Source: Macrostomum lignano (Eukaryota). From it: a stretch of 64,000 bases of DNA. The stretch lies in assembly GCA_002269645.1 (NCBI GenBank), contig NIVC01000440.1, positions 124,001 to 188,000 on the forward strand, written 5' to 3'. The notes beneath the pieces were generated by a model that was not told the origin of the DNA, searched no databases, and worked only from the letters and a program-made list of their open reading frames with translations. Below, piece by piece: positions 1-10,114 of this stretch (within the stretch, counting starts at the first letter, position 1; the number at the start of each line of letters is the position of its first letter). Position numbers and translations under genes: made by a program.

Positions 1-204
1 GCATTTAGACTGGCACCTATGGAGACCAAAGATGTCCGTGGAAGTTTAGAGACGCGGACTTCAGAAGATCGGAAGCAGAGCGTGCTTGTTGTAAATTTTG
101 AAAGCAGGTGTCCCAATGAGTGCGTGAATTTCTACCTGAAGAAGATCGAAGAGGCAAAGAGCAAAGGCTTGATCCGCATACCTCTAATAACCCCTCCAAA
201 ATGA
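1..204 (+). CDS. 3' end of an unidentified coding region entering from the left edge (AFRLAPMETK...IPLITPPK*)
   Basis: Frame +1 is open from base 1 to TGA at 202-204; no recognisable motif. Confidence 0.3.
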   Translation, partial: AFRLAPMETKDVRGSLETRTSEDRKQSVLVVNFESRCPNECVNFYLKKIEEAKSKGLIRIPLITPPK

Positions 205-534
205 TACAATCAACAACACGCGTCGAGCTTTTCCTTGCTCTCTGGATTAACCATGGCCACATTTTATTCCACACAAACCACATATGGACAAAATTCATGA
301 ACACATTGGTATATTTATTAAATCAATAGAACAAACTTACTATTTACTACGAGTATTAGAGCTGATAAGTAAGCTAACTACTTCTATTCAAGAAGTTAGC
401 TTAAGAATTCTAGAAGAACAATACATATTTGGGAAGTCAGCAGAAACTTTTTCCATACATATGCACATGCAGTACACTGATAAGCAAATGCTCTGAAGAT
501 CTGGCAAATCCATTAGCGTACTACCATACAAGTA

Positions 535-2890
535 TCAGGTGCAGAACGCCTTGGACACGGTGCAGGCGTCGCAGACAACTCGAAACGGTTGCCGCAGCAG
601 CCGGCAAGTCTTCCTCTTGCACTCCGGATGCGTGCCCGGGTAAGTGACCGAGCGAACGCTGTACGGCCTGCCGCAGCACATCACGCTGCAGAGCACCTCC
701 CTGCGGTACTGGCTGCTGTCTTCACTTGGCAGGCCCTTGAGCAGGCTCTGACCGACAGGCGTGTTATCTGGGAGGCACTCCCTGTGACGGGTTAGGCAGT
801 GTGACAATGTTAGATTGTTGAGCAAGTTCAACTCAGCCTCGTACTAAACAAATGCATTGCATATGAGCCGTATGTATCAAGGACTACTCAAGTAGAAAGT
901 TTTCAAGCCTGGCGCACCTTCCATGCGTGACGGAGCAGTAATCCAGCGAGTGCTCATGAAATAGTAGAAGCGTCTTCTTTGGCAGCCCTTTGACAATCCG
1001 GTGACCAATGCATCGGGGACCAAGCGACAGCGGGTTCGTTGGCTGATGGTTACCGGAAGCGGCGCCCGGACAGAGCTCCTCGTATCCTGCGTAGCCTGAG
1101 CGATCGAATATGGCCCTGCGCATCTGGTGCTAGAAGTGAGGGACGGATTTTCGGAGGTGATCATAGCTGCGATTTCTAATGCAGAGTGACAAGAGCTGGA
1201 TCTCTGCATACAAATCAGTACAGATGCAGAGTGACAAGATCATAGAGCCCCGGATCTCTGCATGCGGATCAGTACAGATGCAGAGTGACAAGATCACAGA
1301 GCCCCGGATCTCTGCATGCCGATCAGTACAGATGCAGAGTGACAAGATCATAGAGCCGCGGATCTCTGCATGCGGATCAGTACAGATGCAGAGTGACAAG
1401 ATCACAGAGCCCCGGATCTCTGCATGCGGATCAGTACAGATGCAGAGTGACAAGATCACAGAGACCCGGATCTCTGCATGCGGATCAGTACAGATGCAGA
1501 GTGACAAGATCACAGAGCCCCGGATCTCTGCATGCGGATCAGTACAGATGCAGAGTGACAAGATCACAGAGCCCCGGATCTCTGCATGCGGATCAGTACA
1601 GATGCAGAGTGACAAGATCATAGAGCCGGATCTCTGCATACGGGTCAAGTCACAACTCCAAAACCGAAAAAAAACTATCACTATCACTCACCGTGTCATA
1701 AATTCGCATCAAAACGTCCAAAGGATTTTTTCCAGTCCTATGAAACAGACTGCCAGCCAGGAGCAGCGGCTTCTCCTGCTGCTGATTCTCCAGCTGCTGC
1801 CACCAGGAGCCTCCGACAGCTCCGTAGTGCAGCACTCGATGGCAGGTGCGCACAGAACAGGCTGCACTAGTGCCGTGGCATTTGCACCTCACTGCCTCGG
1901 CGTGTCGAGTCGCCCTTATCCCAACCTGATAGTTGTGACCGTTCACCAGTTCAGTGAACTGTTCGAAGGCTTCCTCTACTGGCACGTCTGTCGATGTTGA
2001 CGACCAAGAAGTCGTCTTCAAGCTTCGTCGAAGTCGGCCAATCGACAGGAATTTCCTGGCCAGACGGGTTCCAGCTCGAAGGCTCCTGTCGCAACCGTTG
2101 GACTTGAAACTGTCAAGCCGGAAGCCGGCGGGAAGTTTGGCAGCAAGCCAGCCAGGCGGCGCAACTGCAGCGGCCGCTGAACTCTGCTGACGGCCCTGGC
2201 ATGAGCACCGGCGGATGCGTCCTTTGGCGCACTCCCCCGCCATGGTGAGGGTCAGGACGAAGCCGGACAGAGCTCGGACCATGGCGTGCTCCGCTGTCAC
2301 TGGAATTGCATGAGGCTACATTTGCATACAACTGTGCTTTTGACTCAGCAGCTCAGCGGTAAACTAATCTGGCTCTCTCGGGCTGCGACCCCTGGTTCGA
2401 TTCAAGACGAAAATTGACCGATATAGGTTGTCGTTAGATTCACAACCCATGAGAGCCGACCACCAGGACACAGAGAGTGTATTTGCCTGACGATTAGCAA
2501 GTCAGGGCCGCTGTACGCCCTGTGTGAGCGAGTACATGAGTGCGTGCCTGCGTACGGTATTGACGAGTGTGTTGCTCGGGAATCATCGGAATGGGACGAT
2601 GTCGCCGAATACATGAAAATTTCAGCAGAACTTACGCGCTTGCAGCTCCGGCGACAGTCGCGGCAGCTGGTGCAACGAGCTGCAGTTCCAGCGGCAGTGC
2701 CGAAACTGCAGGCCGCACAGAGACACGGCGGCTTTGGCAGCTTCGGTCAGCGCTGTTAGTGCGGCCGGGCTCTGAGCCGATCGCTGGCAGAACCGCGCCT
2801 GAGCCCAGTTGAAGATCCGGTGCCGCCGCATAGCCGAGCAGGTCGGGGCGCTGCTGCTTGATGGCGGCCTGTCCAGCTTGTGCAGGGCTC
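535..2890 (-). CDS. wnt: Divergent Wnt-family ligand; exons ~2890-2636, 2299-1692, 1129-918, 781-535; 5' signal-peptide exon not located
   Basis: Spliced translation gives Wnt hallmarks: TC..Q..FC, CGLQFRHCRWNCS, CAKG..CSC, GC, HN..G, RCKCHGTSAACSVRTC, HSLDYC, THGREC, CSVMCCGRPY. All three introns (2300-2635, 1130-1691, 782-917) are GT-AG and phase-compatible. Confidence 0.9.
1179..1640. repeat. 54-bp tandem repeat (~8.5 copies) inside a Wnt intron
   Basis: Unit ATGCAGAGTGACAAGATCACAGAGCCCCGGATCTCTGCATGCGGATCAGTACAG; period 54; lies within intron 1130-1691. Confidence 0.95.
2342..2610 (+). mobile_element. tRNA-derived SINE, family A, copy 1 (in Wnt intron)
   Basis: A-box-like AGCTCAGCGG, B-box GGTTCGATTC; body (AAGTCAGGGCCGCTGTAC..TGTGTGAGC..TGCGTGCCTGCGT..GACGATGTCGCCGA) shared with 35228-35556 and 40528-40795. 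Confidence 0.75.
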
Positions 2891-3063
2891 TGAGCGCGCG
2901 ATGATGGGTCGAAAAGTTGAAAAATTAACATAAAAAAATTAATTTTACTGGGCTTCAGACAGATAATGATCAATTTATTTGTATCTGGGGGCAGGGGTGT
3001 CAAGGGAATTTCCGCATGCGGTGAGAGTGCTTCCAGGCGTAACCAAGATGTTTAATTGGAGGT

Positions 3064-3477
3064 GGTGCTGGCGCCCCTTGGTGCTAAAGCCCCTTGGTGC
3101 TAAAGCCCCTTGGTGCTAAAGCCCCCTTGGTGCTAAAGCCCCTTGGTGCTTAAGCCCCTTGGTGCTAAAGCCCCTTGGTGCTAAAGCCCCTTGGTGCTAA
3201 AGCCCCTTGGTGCTAAAGCCCCTTGGTGCTAAAGCCCCTTGGTGCTAAAGCCCCTTGGTGCTAAAGCCCCTTGGTGCTAAAGCCCCTTGGTGCTAAAGCC
3301 CCTTGGTGCTAAAGCCCCTTGGTGCTAAAGCCCCTTGGTGCTAAAGCCCCTTGCTGCTAAAGCCCCTTGGTGCTAAAGCCCCTGGTGCTAAAGCCCCTGG
3401 TGCTAAAGCCCCTTGGTGCTAAAGCCCCTTGGTGCTAAAGCCCCTTGGTGCTAAAGCCCCTTGGTGCTAAAGCCCCC
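3064..3477. repeat. 16-bp tandem array (GCCCCTTGGTGCTAAA)n, ~26 copies
   Basis: Direct inspection. Confidence 0.95.
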
Positions 3478-3949
3478 AATCAGAAAATTCTTGCCTCAAG
3501 CTATGAAGTCCCAAAGTAAAAATCCGAAACTTGTAAGTGAATTTTTTTCAATTTTTTGAGCGGAAAAATGCTTGAATAATCAAGCATATACAGTTATACT
3601 TACAGCCATTCGATTCCAAGGCAGTAATGTAGCTGAATTCCAATAGTTAAAAATATTATCAATAATTTTTGAGCAACAGTCATGTTGTTAGGCTTTGTTA
3701 TCTGTGTTATTTCGCAAGAAACACAAAGTTTTTTAAATCTGATTCACTCTCAGTTGCTTTGCGCTGTCTACGCAATGGTCAGCTTGCGAGGTATATATAT
3801 TCTTGGAAAATTATACGACCAATGGTGTCGGCGGCACTGCCTTTTGATCTCGCCGACTTGCTAGAATAGCACCTGAACAGTACGCCAAACTGTATAATTG
3901 CGCCCCCTCTCTTCTTCTTTGTGACGCTGCTTCTAAAAGAAGAAAACCT

Positions 3950-4200
3950 CGGACAAAGAGACAACCGTTTGCATGCGGTCAAAAGTTCCAATTTCGGAAT
4001 GGACACACGATCGCTATAGCCAGCTTCCAACTGGGAATGCTTCATCCAGCACAAGTGGTGTTCGGCCTGCGCCCTATTGGTTTTTGGTTTACGAACGCAA
4101 TAAATCATTTACTCGCTAAGGACGCGGGCCTCCGGGTTTAACGACTGAAGTCGCTGGGCCACGAGAGATGAAAGCTGCAGGAAGGTTAAATTTGCCGACT
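3950..4200 (-). pseudogene. Possible decayed BEL/Pao-type RNase H fragment
   Basis: Minus-strand RVSIPKLELLTAC resembles the BEL/Pao SIPRLEL motif; flanking similarity weak, upstream stop. Confidence 0.3.
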
Positions 4201-4396
4201 TTGAAAAGTAAAGCTTAAGTGGAGCGACGAAGGTCTGATTGCCCGCCTACGCAAAGTCATCTGGGAATCCGTGATTCTTTCTTTCTAATAAAGGCTGAGA
4301 CAGGTGTTAACTATATCTAAACTCAATTTTTTTTGTCTACACAAGAACCGGATCATACTTACGTGTATAACGTCTTATTGAGAGTTGAATGCCCAA

Positions 4397-4858
4397 GGTG
4401 CTGGCGCTGGCGCTCGGTGCTGGCGCCCCTTGGTGCTGGCGCCCCTTGGTGCTGGCGCCCCTTGGTGCTGGCGCCCCTTGGTGCTGGCGCCCCTTGGTGC
4501 TGGCGCCCCTTGGTGCTGGCGCCCCTTGGTGCTGGCGCCCCTTGGTGCTGGCGCCCCTTGGTGCTGGCGCCCCTTGGTGCTGGCGCCCCTTGGTGCTGGC
4601 GCCCCTTGGTGCTGGCGCCCCTTGGTGCTGGCGCCCCTTGGTGCTGGCGCCCCTTGGTGCTGGCGCCCCTTGGTGCTGGCGCCCCTTGGTGCTGGCGCCC
4701 CTTGGTGCTGGCGCCCCTTGGTGCTGGCGCCCCTTGGTGCTGGCGCCCCTTGGTGCTGGCGCCCCTTGGTGCTGGCGCCCCTTGGTGCTGGCGCCCCTTG
4801 GTGCTGGCGCCCCTTGGTGCTGGCGCCCCTTGCTGCTGGCGCCCCTTGGTGCTGGCGC
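4397..4858. repeat. 16-bp tandem array (GCCCCTTGGTGCTGGC)n, ~28 copies
   Basis: Direct inspection; shares 13-bp core with the 3064-3477 array. Confidence 0.95.
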
Positions 4859-6017
4859 TGGACCGCCCGCTGGTATACATGTATTTACATTTACATCAAA
4901 TATGGCACCACTGCAATCACGCATCACTTCATTACCCCAATATCGGGGATATTGGGGACATGTACTGCCCCAATATCGACTAAAATAAATACATGTACCG
5001 TATACATTCATTGAGCAAAATCCACATGCACCTTTTTCGATATAGACTTCACTTCAGCCAGGCCCTCCCATGCAGATCCCTTCTCTCTCCACTCATGCTT
5101 CAGCTCATCAATTTGATCCCCGCGCTGGTCACGACTCTGTCACCACCCCATACAGCAATCCGATGTTGGGGTTCGACGTACGTCAGCAACATGCGTGTAA
5201 ACATCCGCGTCGACGTTTAATTTCGACGTCTACACATGTACATGTAAAAGTAACATCTATTGACGCGGCTGGCAAATGGGTACTTTTGATCATGCAGTTC
5301 AGCGCTGCAGTTTCAGAAGTTTAATTTGTTTAACCATGCAGTCTCAATTACTGCCAAACTATAACCATGCATGTAAACTAACATAAAGTTAAAATTCGTA
5401 CAGTTTTAATTACATTTACACAAAACTATAGTGCTGATCATGGGTGGGAGTTTGCTTATACAATGAAAAACGTACGCTACGTACATGTACATGCATGTAC
5501 GTATGCAGTGTTAATTTCATCATTCACTAAACTGCTTTTGGCCTGATGAGAAAGTCAATTTTGAAAAAAACGAGTATATTTATGCCAGGTGTTGGGTCTA
5601 ACTACATGTTCGACTTACTCGTATCTTAATTACACTTTATATATGTACTCGACAATTGCATGTACATGCAGTGTACATGTACATTGCAATCTGCAGTTGC
5701 ATGAAAGAAAAACACAATCTCAACTTGCAAATTTTACAATTGACAATCTACAGCATCGTCTGTACTATTTCACATGCACATATATTTTAATTGAAAATTT
5801 TTGGGGTTTTTGCTGAACAGTGGCAGAATACTACTATAGTACCAATTGCAATTAGTCCGGGACTTTTGCAGGTTTTAGAAAAGTAACTGTAACGTACATC
5901 TAGAAGGAGCAGAATAGGACCAGAATGATTTGATCAAAACGCAGAGAAAACCGTCTTTATTAAAACAGCTCTTCTGCCGGCTCAGATCCTTTTACGAACT
6001 TCTAGTTTTCTTACTCC

Positions 6018-6881
6018 TGATGTGTTCCTTATTACCCGACTTTCGATAATCAAGGAACAATCAGTTCTAGCTCAACAGCTAGGCAACCCAGTTAGTCAAA
6101 CGAAGGTATTCAATTACCTTTAATCCGGATTTGAATTTCTTGAGTAGTTCTCGCTAGGAACTCGTCAGTAGATCTCGTAGATCAGGCGCCTTGATTCTTC
6201 AGTTGCTCTGGTCCTGGTTCCTCTTGTACTTCCGATAAATTCCTCCGGCCGGTATCTTCCGTCAGGACCAATCAGAGGCCTCGTATCAACAATGGGTACC
6301 CTGCGCCGAACAGCGGTTTGAATTAAGCCTCCTTCTTCTAGTAGTGCCTTTATGCACTCTAGGTATGGCTCCGGAAACCACTGATAGTCCTCTAAGATCT
6401 ATCAGGGGCAGTCCTTCTGGAGACTGCAACCAATGGAGTCTAAACAGACTCAAGAGTCTCAACAGACTCAAATAGACTCAAGTCTCAATAGACTTGAGCG
6501 AGACGTCTCTAACACAACGGGCGCAAATAAGGAAGGCTTACCGCAACAACTCGACCGAGTCTCGATTGACTTGGTAGATCAGGAAGTCCTCCTAAGGCTT
6601 CCTCTTCGGAGCGCTCCTCTTCCGTGGGGAGAATGACTCCGGTACCGCTTCAGATCGCTTGTATTTATAGGCAACTTTTTGCTCCAAAATAGCATCATTA
6701 CAATTCACGTGTTGCGCTAAAAGGGGAAAATGGCTCATGGCGTATTATTCTGGTAACATCTTTTCCTGGTAGCGTGATTCATTCAAAGCTTAGGCGCACA
6801 TGCGTGTACTTACTTACTTATAGTAGTATTATACGATTATCTTCTTTTTTTCTGTTTTTGCGGGAGGCAGAACACTCTACA
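6018..6881 (-). repeat. 3' LTR (864 bp)
   Basis: Matches 15743-16605 at offset 9725; differences seen are one G/C substitution (6064) and a 1-nt poly-T indel. Confidence 0.97.
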
Positions 6882-6884
6882 AAA

Positions 6885-6896
6885 TCTCCCTTTTTT
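6885..6896 (-). other. Polypurine tract AAAAAAGGGAGA
   Basis: Purine run 3 nt upstream of the TG start of the 3' LTR on the element's sense strand. Confidence 0.85.
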
Positions 6897-7009
6897 ACGA
6901 AAAAACTCGTCCCGAGTTTTAACAATAAAATAATAAAATTCTGTGGTGATCAGTTAATATAGGAAATAAACAATTGATTTTTTGCGCGTCTAGAGAAGCG
7001 AGGGTTTGG

Positions 7010-7444
7010 TCAAAACTCTAAAAACTTTTCAGTACATATTGCGGTCAAAACTCGAATATCGAGTAGACATCGAGTGGCATCAGGTTTGATACGACACCAC
7101 TTTCGAAACGTGCAGTCTCGCGGCATACTATTACATAAGGGGCATCCTATAATGCCCCTATTAGCGGTTTGCTTCAAACAGTGCATGCAAATAAAATGTT
7201 GGTGGTTACAATATTGAAACGTGCGCCAAGAATAACAATAGGCGCATTGTCGCAAACTATCTCTACAGAGGGGACAATTCTGCCATGGCTGAATATAGTG
7301 TGAATCACTTAAACATTGTCCGCAAACTTTATGTCCATTGATGCAAATAGTCGGTGGTTTGACAGCCAAGTCATCAGCTAAACATATCGGGCAGTCATAT
7401 AGCTGCTGAGGCTGGGGCGCCTGTTTCGACAGTGCGTTGCCCAT
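7010..7444 (-). CDS. Accessory ORF: 144-aa tandem double RING-finger protein with N-terminal myristoylation motif (MGNALSK)
   Basis: ATG at 7444; RING1 CPIC...CINGHKVCGQC...CPLC; RING2 CAYC...CNHQHFICMHC...CPLC; between pol stop and PPT, same strand as pol. Confidence 0.85.
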   Translation of the reverse strand: MGNALSKQAPQPQQLYDCPICLADDLAVKPPTICINGHKVCGQCLSDSHYIQPWQNCPLCRDSLRQCAYCYSWRTFQYCNHQHFICMHCLKQTANRGIIGCPLCNSMPRDCTFRKWCRIKPDATRCLLDIRVLTAICTEKFLEF

Positions 7445-7564
7445 AATTGTCGTCAATTTGTTGCTGTCTTTGTGTCGCTCGGATTAGTCGCCTTTTACGA
7501 CAAGCTTGCGAAGCTGTAGTGCTATTCTTTATCCCGGTCACTACACGGGGTTGTTCTCGAAACT

Positions 7565-10114
7565 TTAGCGTGGTCGTAGGTTGTAGCCATGTGGCTGGCT
7601 CACATCTGTCGTTTGAGTCTCCTCGTGCTTCGTCGCGATGTGGCGGTTCGTTGAACGCGTGCGATCGGCGTTGTCTAATGTCGGTAGAAACGTCGCCGTG
7701 TCAGTGTTGATCTTCTTCAGTCGATGAATGTGTACGTAGAACTGGTGCTGATGAGGATCTTGCACATTGGCCAGGCGCGCTGTTGTCGGTGACGTTAGTT
7801 GGACCACTCGATAGGGTCCTTTGTACTTCTGTGCATGTTTATGCGTCTGCTGTGGCGGGTAGTGCAGGTAGACGACGTCGCCGGCCGTCAGGGTTGTCGA
7901 TCTCGTGTCGTTGCCAGTGGTCAGAGCCACCTGGTTGTCAATATTGTGCTTGGCGATCTTCCATGCCAGGTGTAGTTGCGTGACGAATTTTTGAATGGAA
8001 GTCGGTACTTCCACGTACTGCGATGGTAGTAATTGCTGTGCGAGCAGATTTGGCGGCTGAAAGTCTCGTCCAAACATCAGGAAGAATGGCGTGTTGTCCG
8101 TTGATCGATGAATAGCACTGTTGTAGGCCATTGTTACAGATTGCAGGTAGATGATCCAGTCTTCCGGCTGTTGGTGCGCGAAATGTGTAATCATCTCGTG
8201 CAGGTTGCGGTGAAACCTTTCAACCATGTTCGCCTTCGGATTGTAGGTTGATGTGTAGATTTGCGTGATGTTGAGAATCTTTACTACTTGCTGAAACAGT
8301 TGCGATGTAAACTGCGATCCGTTGTCCGATGTGAGGTTCTTCGGCGTGCCGTACTTGCAAATGATTTCGTTGAAGAAACCCATTGCAACTGTCTGAGCTG
8401 TGATGTCCGGTATCGGTATGGCGATAGCAAACTTCGAGAAGATATCCAAGGCGGTTAAAATGTAGGTGTAGGCGATGCCCTGGAGGCAGCTCGGTGGCAG
8501 TGGTCCGGTGATGTCGATGCTTAGACAGTCCATTGTAGTGGACTTCGGAATGGACTGTAGCTGCGGTTTCTGTCGTCGTCCTGTCTTTGATGCAGCACAT
8601 GAATGGCAGTTGTTGCAATACTGCTTGATGTCGCCGTACATAGTTGGCCAAAAGTAGTATTGTTCCACTCTTGCAATGGTTTTGGCTGCCGACAGGTGTC
8701 CAGCGAGTGGGTTGTCGTGTAGCTCGTTGAGAATTGCTTGCCGAAACGAATATGGTATGTAGATCTTGGGTTTATTGTCGCTCATCCAGTAGAGCCGTGA
8801 CTTATTGATTGTTAGGTGTTGTCGTTGCTTGCGCAGGAATTTTCGTTCCATGGGACTGAGTTTGATGTTCTTGTCATCGTCTTTAACCGCTAGGTAGAAG
8901 TTGTCGCGCTCGGTTTCATCCACCAACTCTTTGATGTTAGGGATTGGGTGAATGGAGTTGACTTCATAGGCTCTTGACAGGGCGTCCGCGGCTTTGTTGG
9001 TAACTCCTGGTTTGTAGACGAGCTTGTAGTTGTAGTCCTGGATCTTGAGTGTCATCCTGATGAGTCGGTTGTTGGTCTGTCCTTTTGTAGTTACGACGTA
9101 GGTCAATGGTGCATGATCCGTGCGTACTATTGTCTGTATTGGAGAACCATAGATGTAGTAATGGAACTGTCGCAGAGCGAACAAGACTCCTAGTAGCTCT
9201 CGTTCCGTAGCTGACCACTTTGTCTCATTTGGTTTGAGTGCTCGACTGACATACGCAATAGGTCGTTCCTTCTTGTCCTCGGTTTCCTGTAGTAGGACTG
9301 CTCCGAGTCCCGTTCCTGAGGCGTCTGTCTCGATGATAAAGGGCTTGTCGAAGTCCGGATGCTGTAGCAGTGCGTCTGATGTCAGCTGTCGTTTGATTTC
9401 GTCGAAACTTTCTTGTTGTCTCTGTGTCCAGTTGTCTTGCTTCCATTTGTCGAACTTGAGCAGGTCGTACAGTGGCTTTGCTGTCTTTGCGAAGTTAGGT
9501 AAGAACTTCCTGAAGTATTGCGCAAGTCCAAGGAATGATTGGACCTTCGTTATACTGGTTGGCGTAGGAAACTTTTTCACCTTCTCTACGTTGTCTGGGT
9601 CCGGTGAAATTCCTTTGGCTGTCACTTGGTGTCCTAGGCAACGCACGTTGTCTCGGAAGAATTTGCACTTTGTCGGTTGCAGCTTTAGACCTTGGCGTTG
9701 AATGAGCGCTAGGGCCTTCTCCGTAGCTTCGTAGAGTCGCTCGAAATCCTCTCCGTAGGCTAAAATGTCGTCGACATAGTGCAGCAGGTTCGTGCATCCT
9801 GCTAGCATGTATGCTGTTAGTCGACTCATCGTTGCTGGGCTGTTGCTAAGTCCCATCGGCGATCGGTTGTACTCATAGACTTGTCCATTGTAGGTCTTGA
9901 AAGCCGTGTACTGTCGTGATTCTTTCTCGATTTCGATTTGCCAAAATCCATGACGTAGGTCGAACACTGTGAACAATTTTGCCGTGTTGAGCTTTGCTAG
10001 TAGTTCGGAGATCTTCGGTAGGCTTTGCTGATCCGTCGGTATGTACTTGTTCAACAGTCTGAAGTCGCATACGAGTCGTCTTTCGTTAGTCTCCTTCTTT
10101 GTACCAAGAGACAT
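7565..10114 (-). CDS. pol: Pol: RT, RNase H, integrase (joined to the upstream frame across a 1-nt frameshift at ~10098-10100)
   Basis: RRLVCDFRLLN, DLRHGFWQI, YVDD (9767-9778), TDASGTGLGAVL, ERELL, HHCC (H..GH...CHSC), SDNGSQF, ERFHR, KYKGPY. Confidence 0.95.
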   Translation of the reverse strand: MSLGTKKETNERRLVCDFRLLNKYIPTDQQSLPKISELLAKLNTAKLFTVFDLRHGFWQIEIEKESRQYTAFKTYNGQVYEYNRSPMGLSNSPATMSRLTAYMLAGCTNLLHYVDDILAYGEDFERLYEATEKALALIQRQGLKLQPTKCKFFRDNVRCLGHQVTAKGISPDPDNVEKVKKFPTPTSITKVQSFLGLAQYFRKFLPNFAKTAKPLYDLLKFDKWKQDNWTQRQQESFDEIKRQLTSDALLQHPDFDKPFIIETDASGTGLGAVLLQETEDKKERPIAYVSRALKPNETKWSATERELLGVLFALRQFHYYIYGSPIQTIVRTDHAPLTYVVTTKGQTNNRLIRMTLKIQDYNYKLVYKPGVTNKAADALSRAYEVNSIHPIPNIKELVDETERDNFYLAVKDDDKNIKLSPMERKFLRKQRQHLTINKSRLYWMSDNKPKIYIPYSFRQAILNELHDNPLAGHLSAAKTIARVEQYYFWPTMYGDIKQYCNNCHSCAASKTGRRQKPQLQSIPKSTTMDCLSIDITGPLPPSCLQGIAYTYILTALDIFSKFAIAIPIPDITAQTVAMGFFNEIICKYGTPKNLTSDNGSQFTSQLFQQVVKILNITQIYTSTYNPKANMVERFHRNLHEMITHFAHQQPEDWIIYLQSVTMAYNSAIHRSTDNTPFFLMFGRDFQPPNLLAQQLLPSQYVEVPTSIQKFVTQLHLAWKIAKHNIDNQVALTTGNDTRSTTLTAGDVVYLHYPPQQTHKHAQKYKGPYRVVQLTSPTTARLANVQDPHQHQFYVHIHRLKKINTDTATFLPTLDNADRTRSTNRHIATKHEETQTTDVSQPHGYNLRPR

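Noticed and set aside
4333-5014. Several 170-224 aa ORFs
   Set aside because: Translations of the 16-bp satellite
5535-5590. Possible hammerhead ribozyme (CTGATGA...GAAA)
   Set aside because: Stem II closes with G-T instead of G-C, there is no convincing stem III, and no properly placed NUH before the stem I partner
4870-5780. Enrichment of palindromic ACATGT/TGTACA words, and of AGGCCT words at 17340-17490 and 49200-49810
   Set aside because: Low-complexity compositional bias with no boundaries, TIRs or periodicity
6286-6636. Small ORFs duplicated at 16011-16361
   Set aside because: Identical only because they lie in the LTRs; no protein motif
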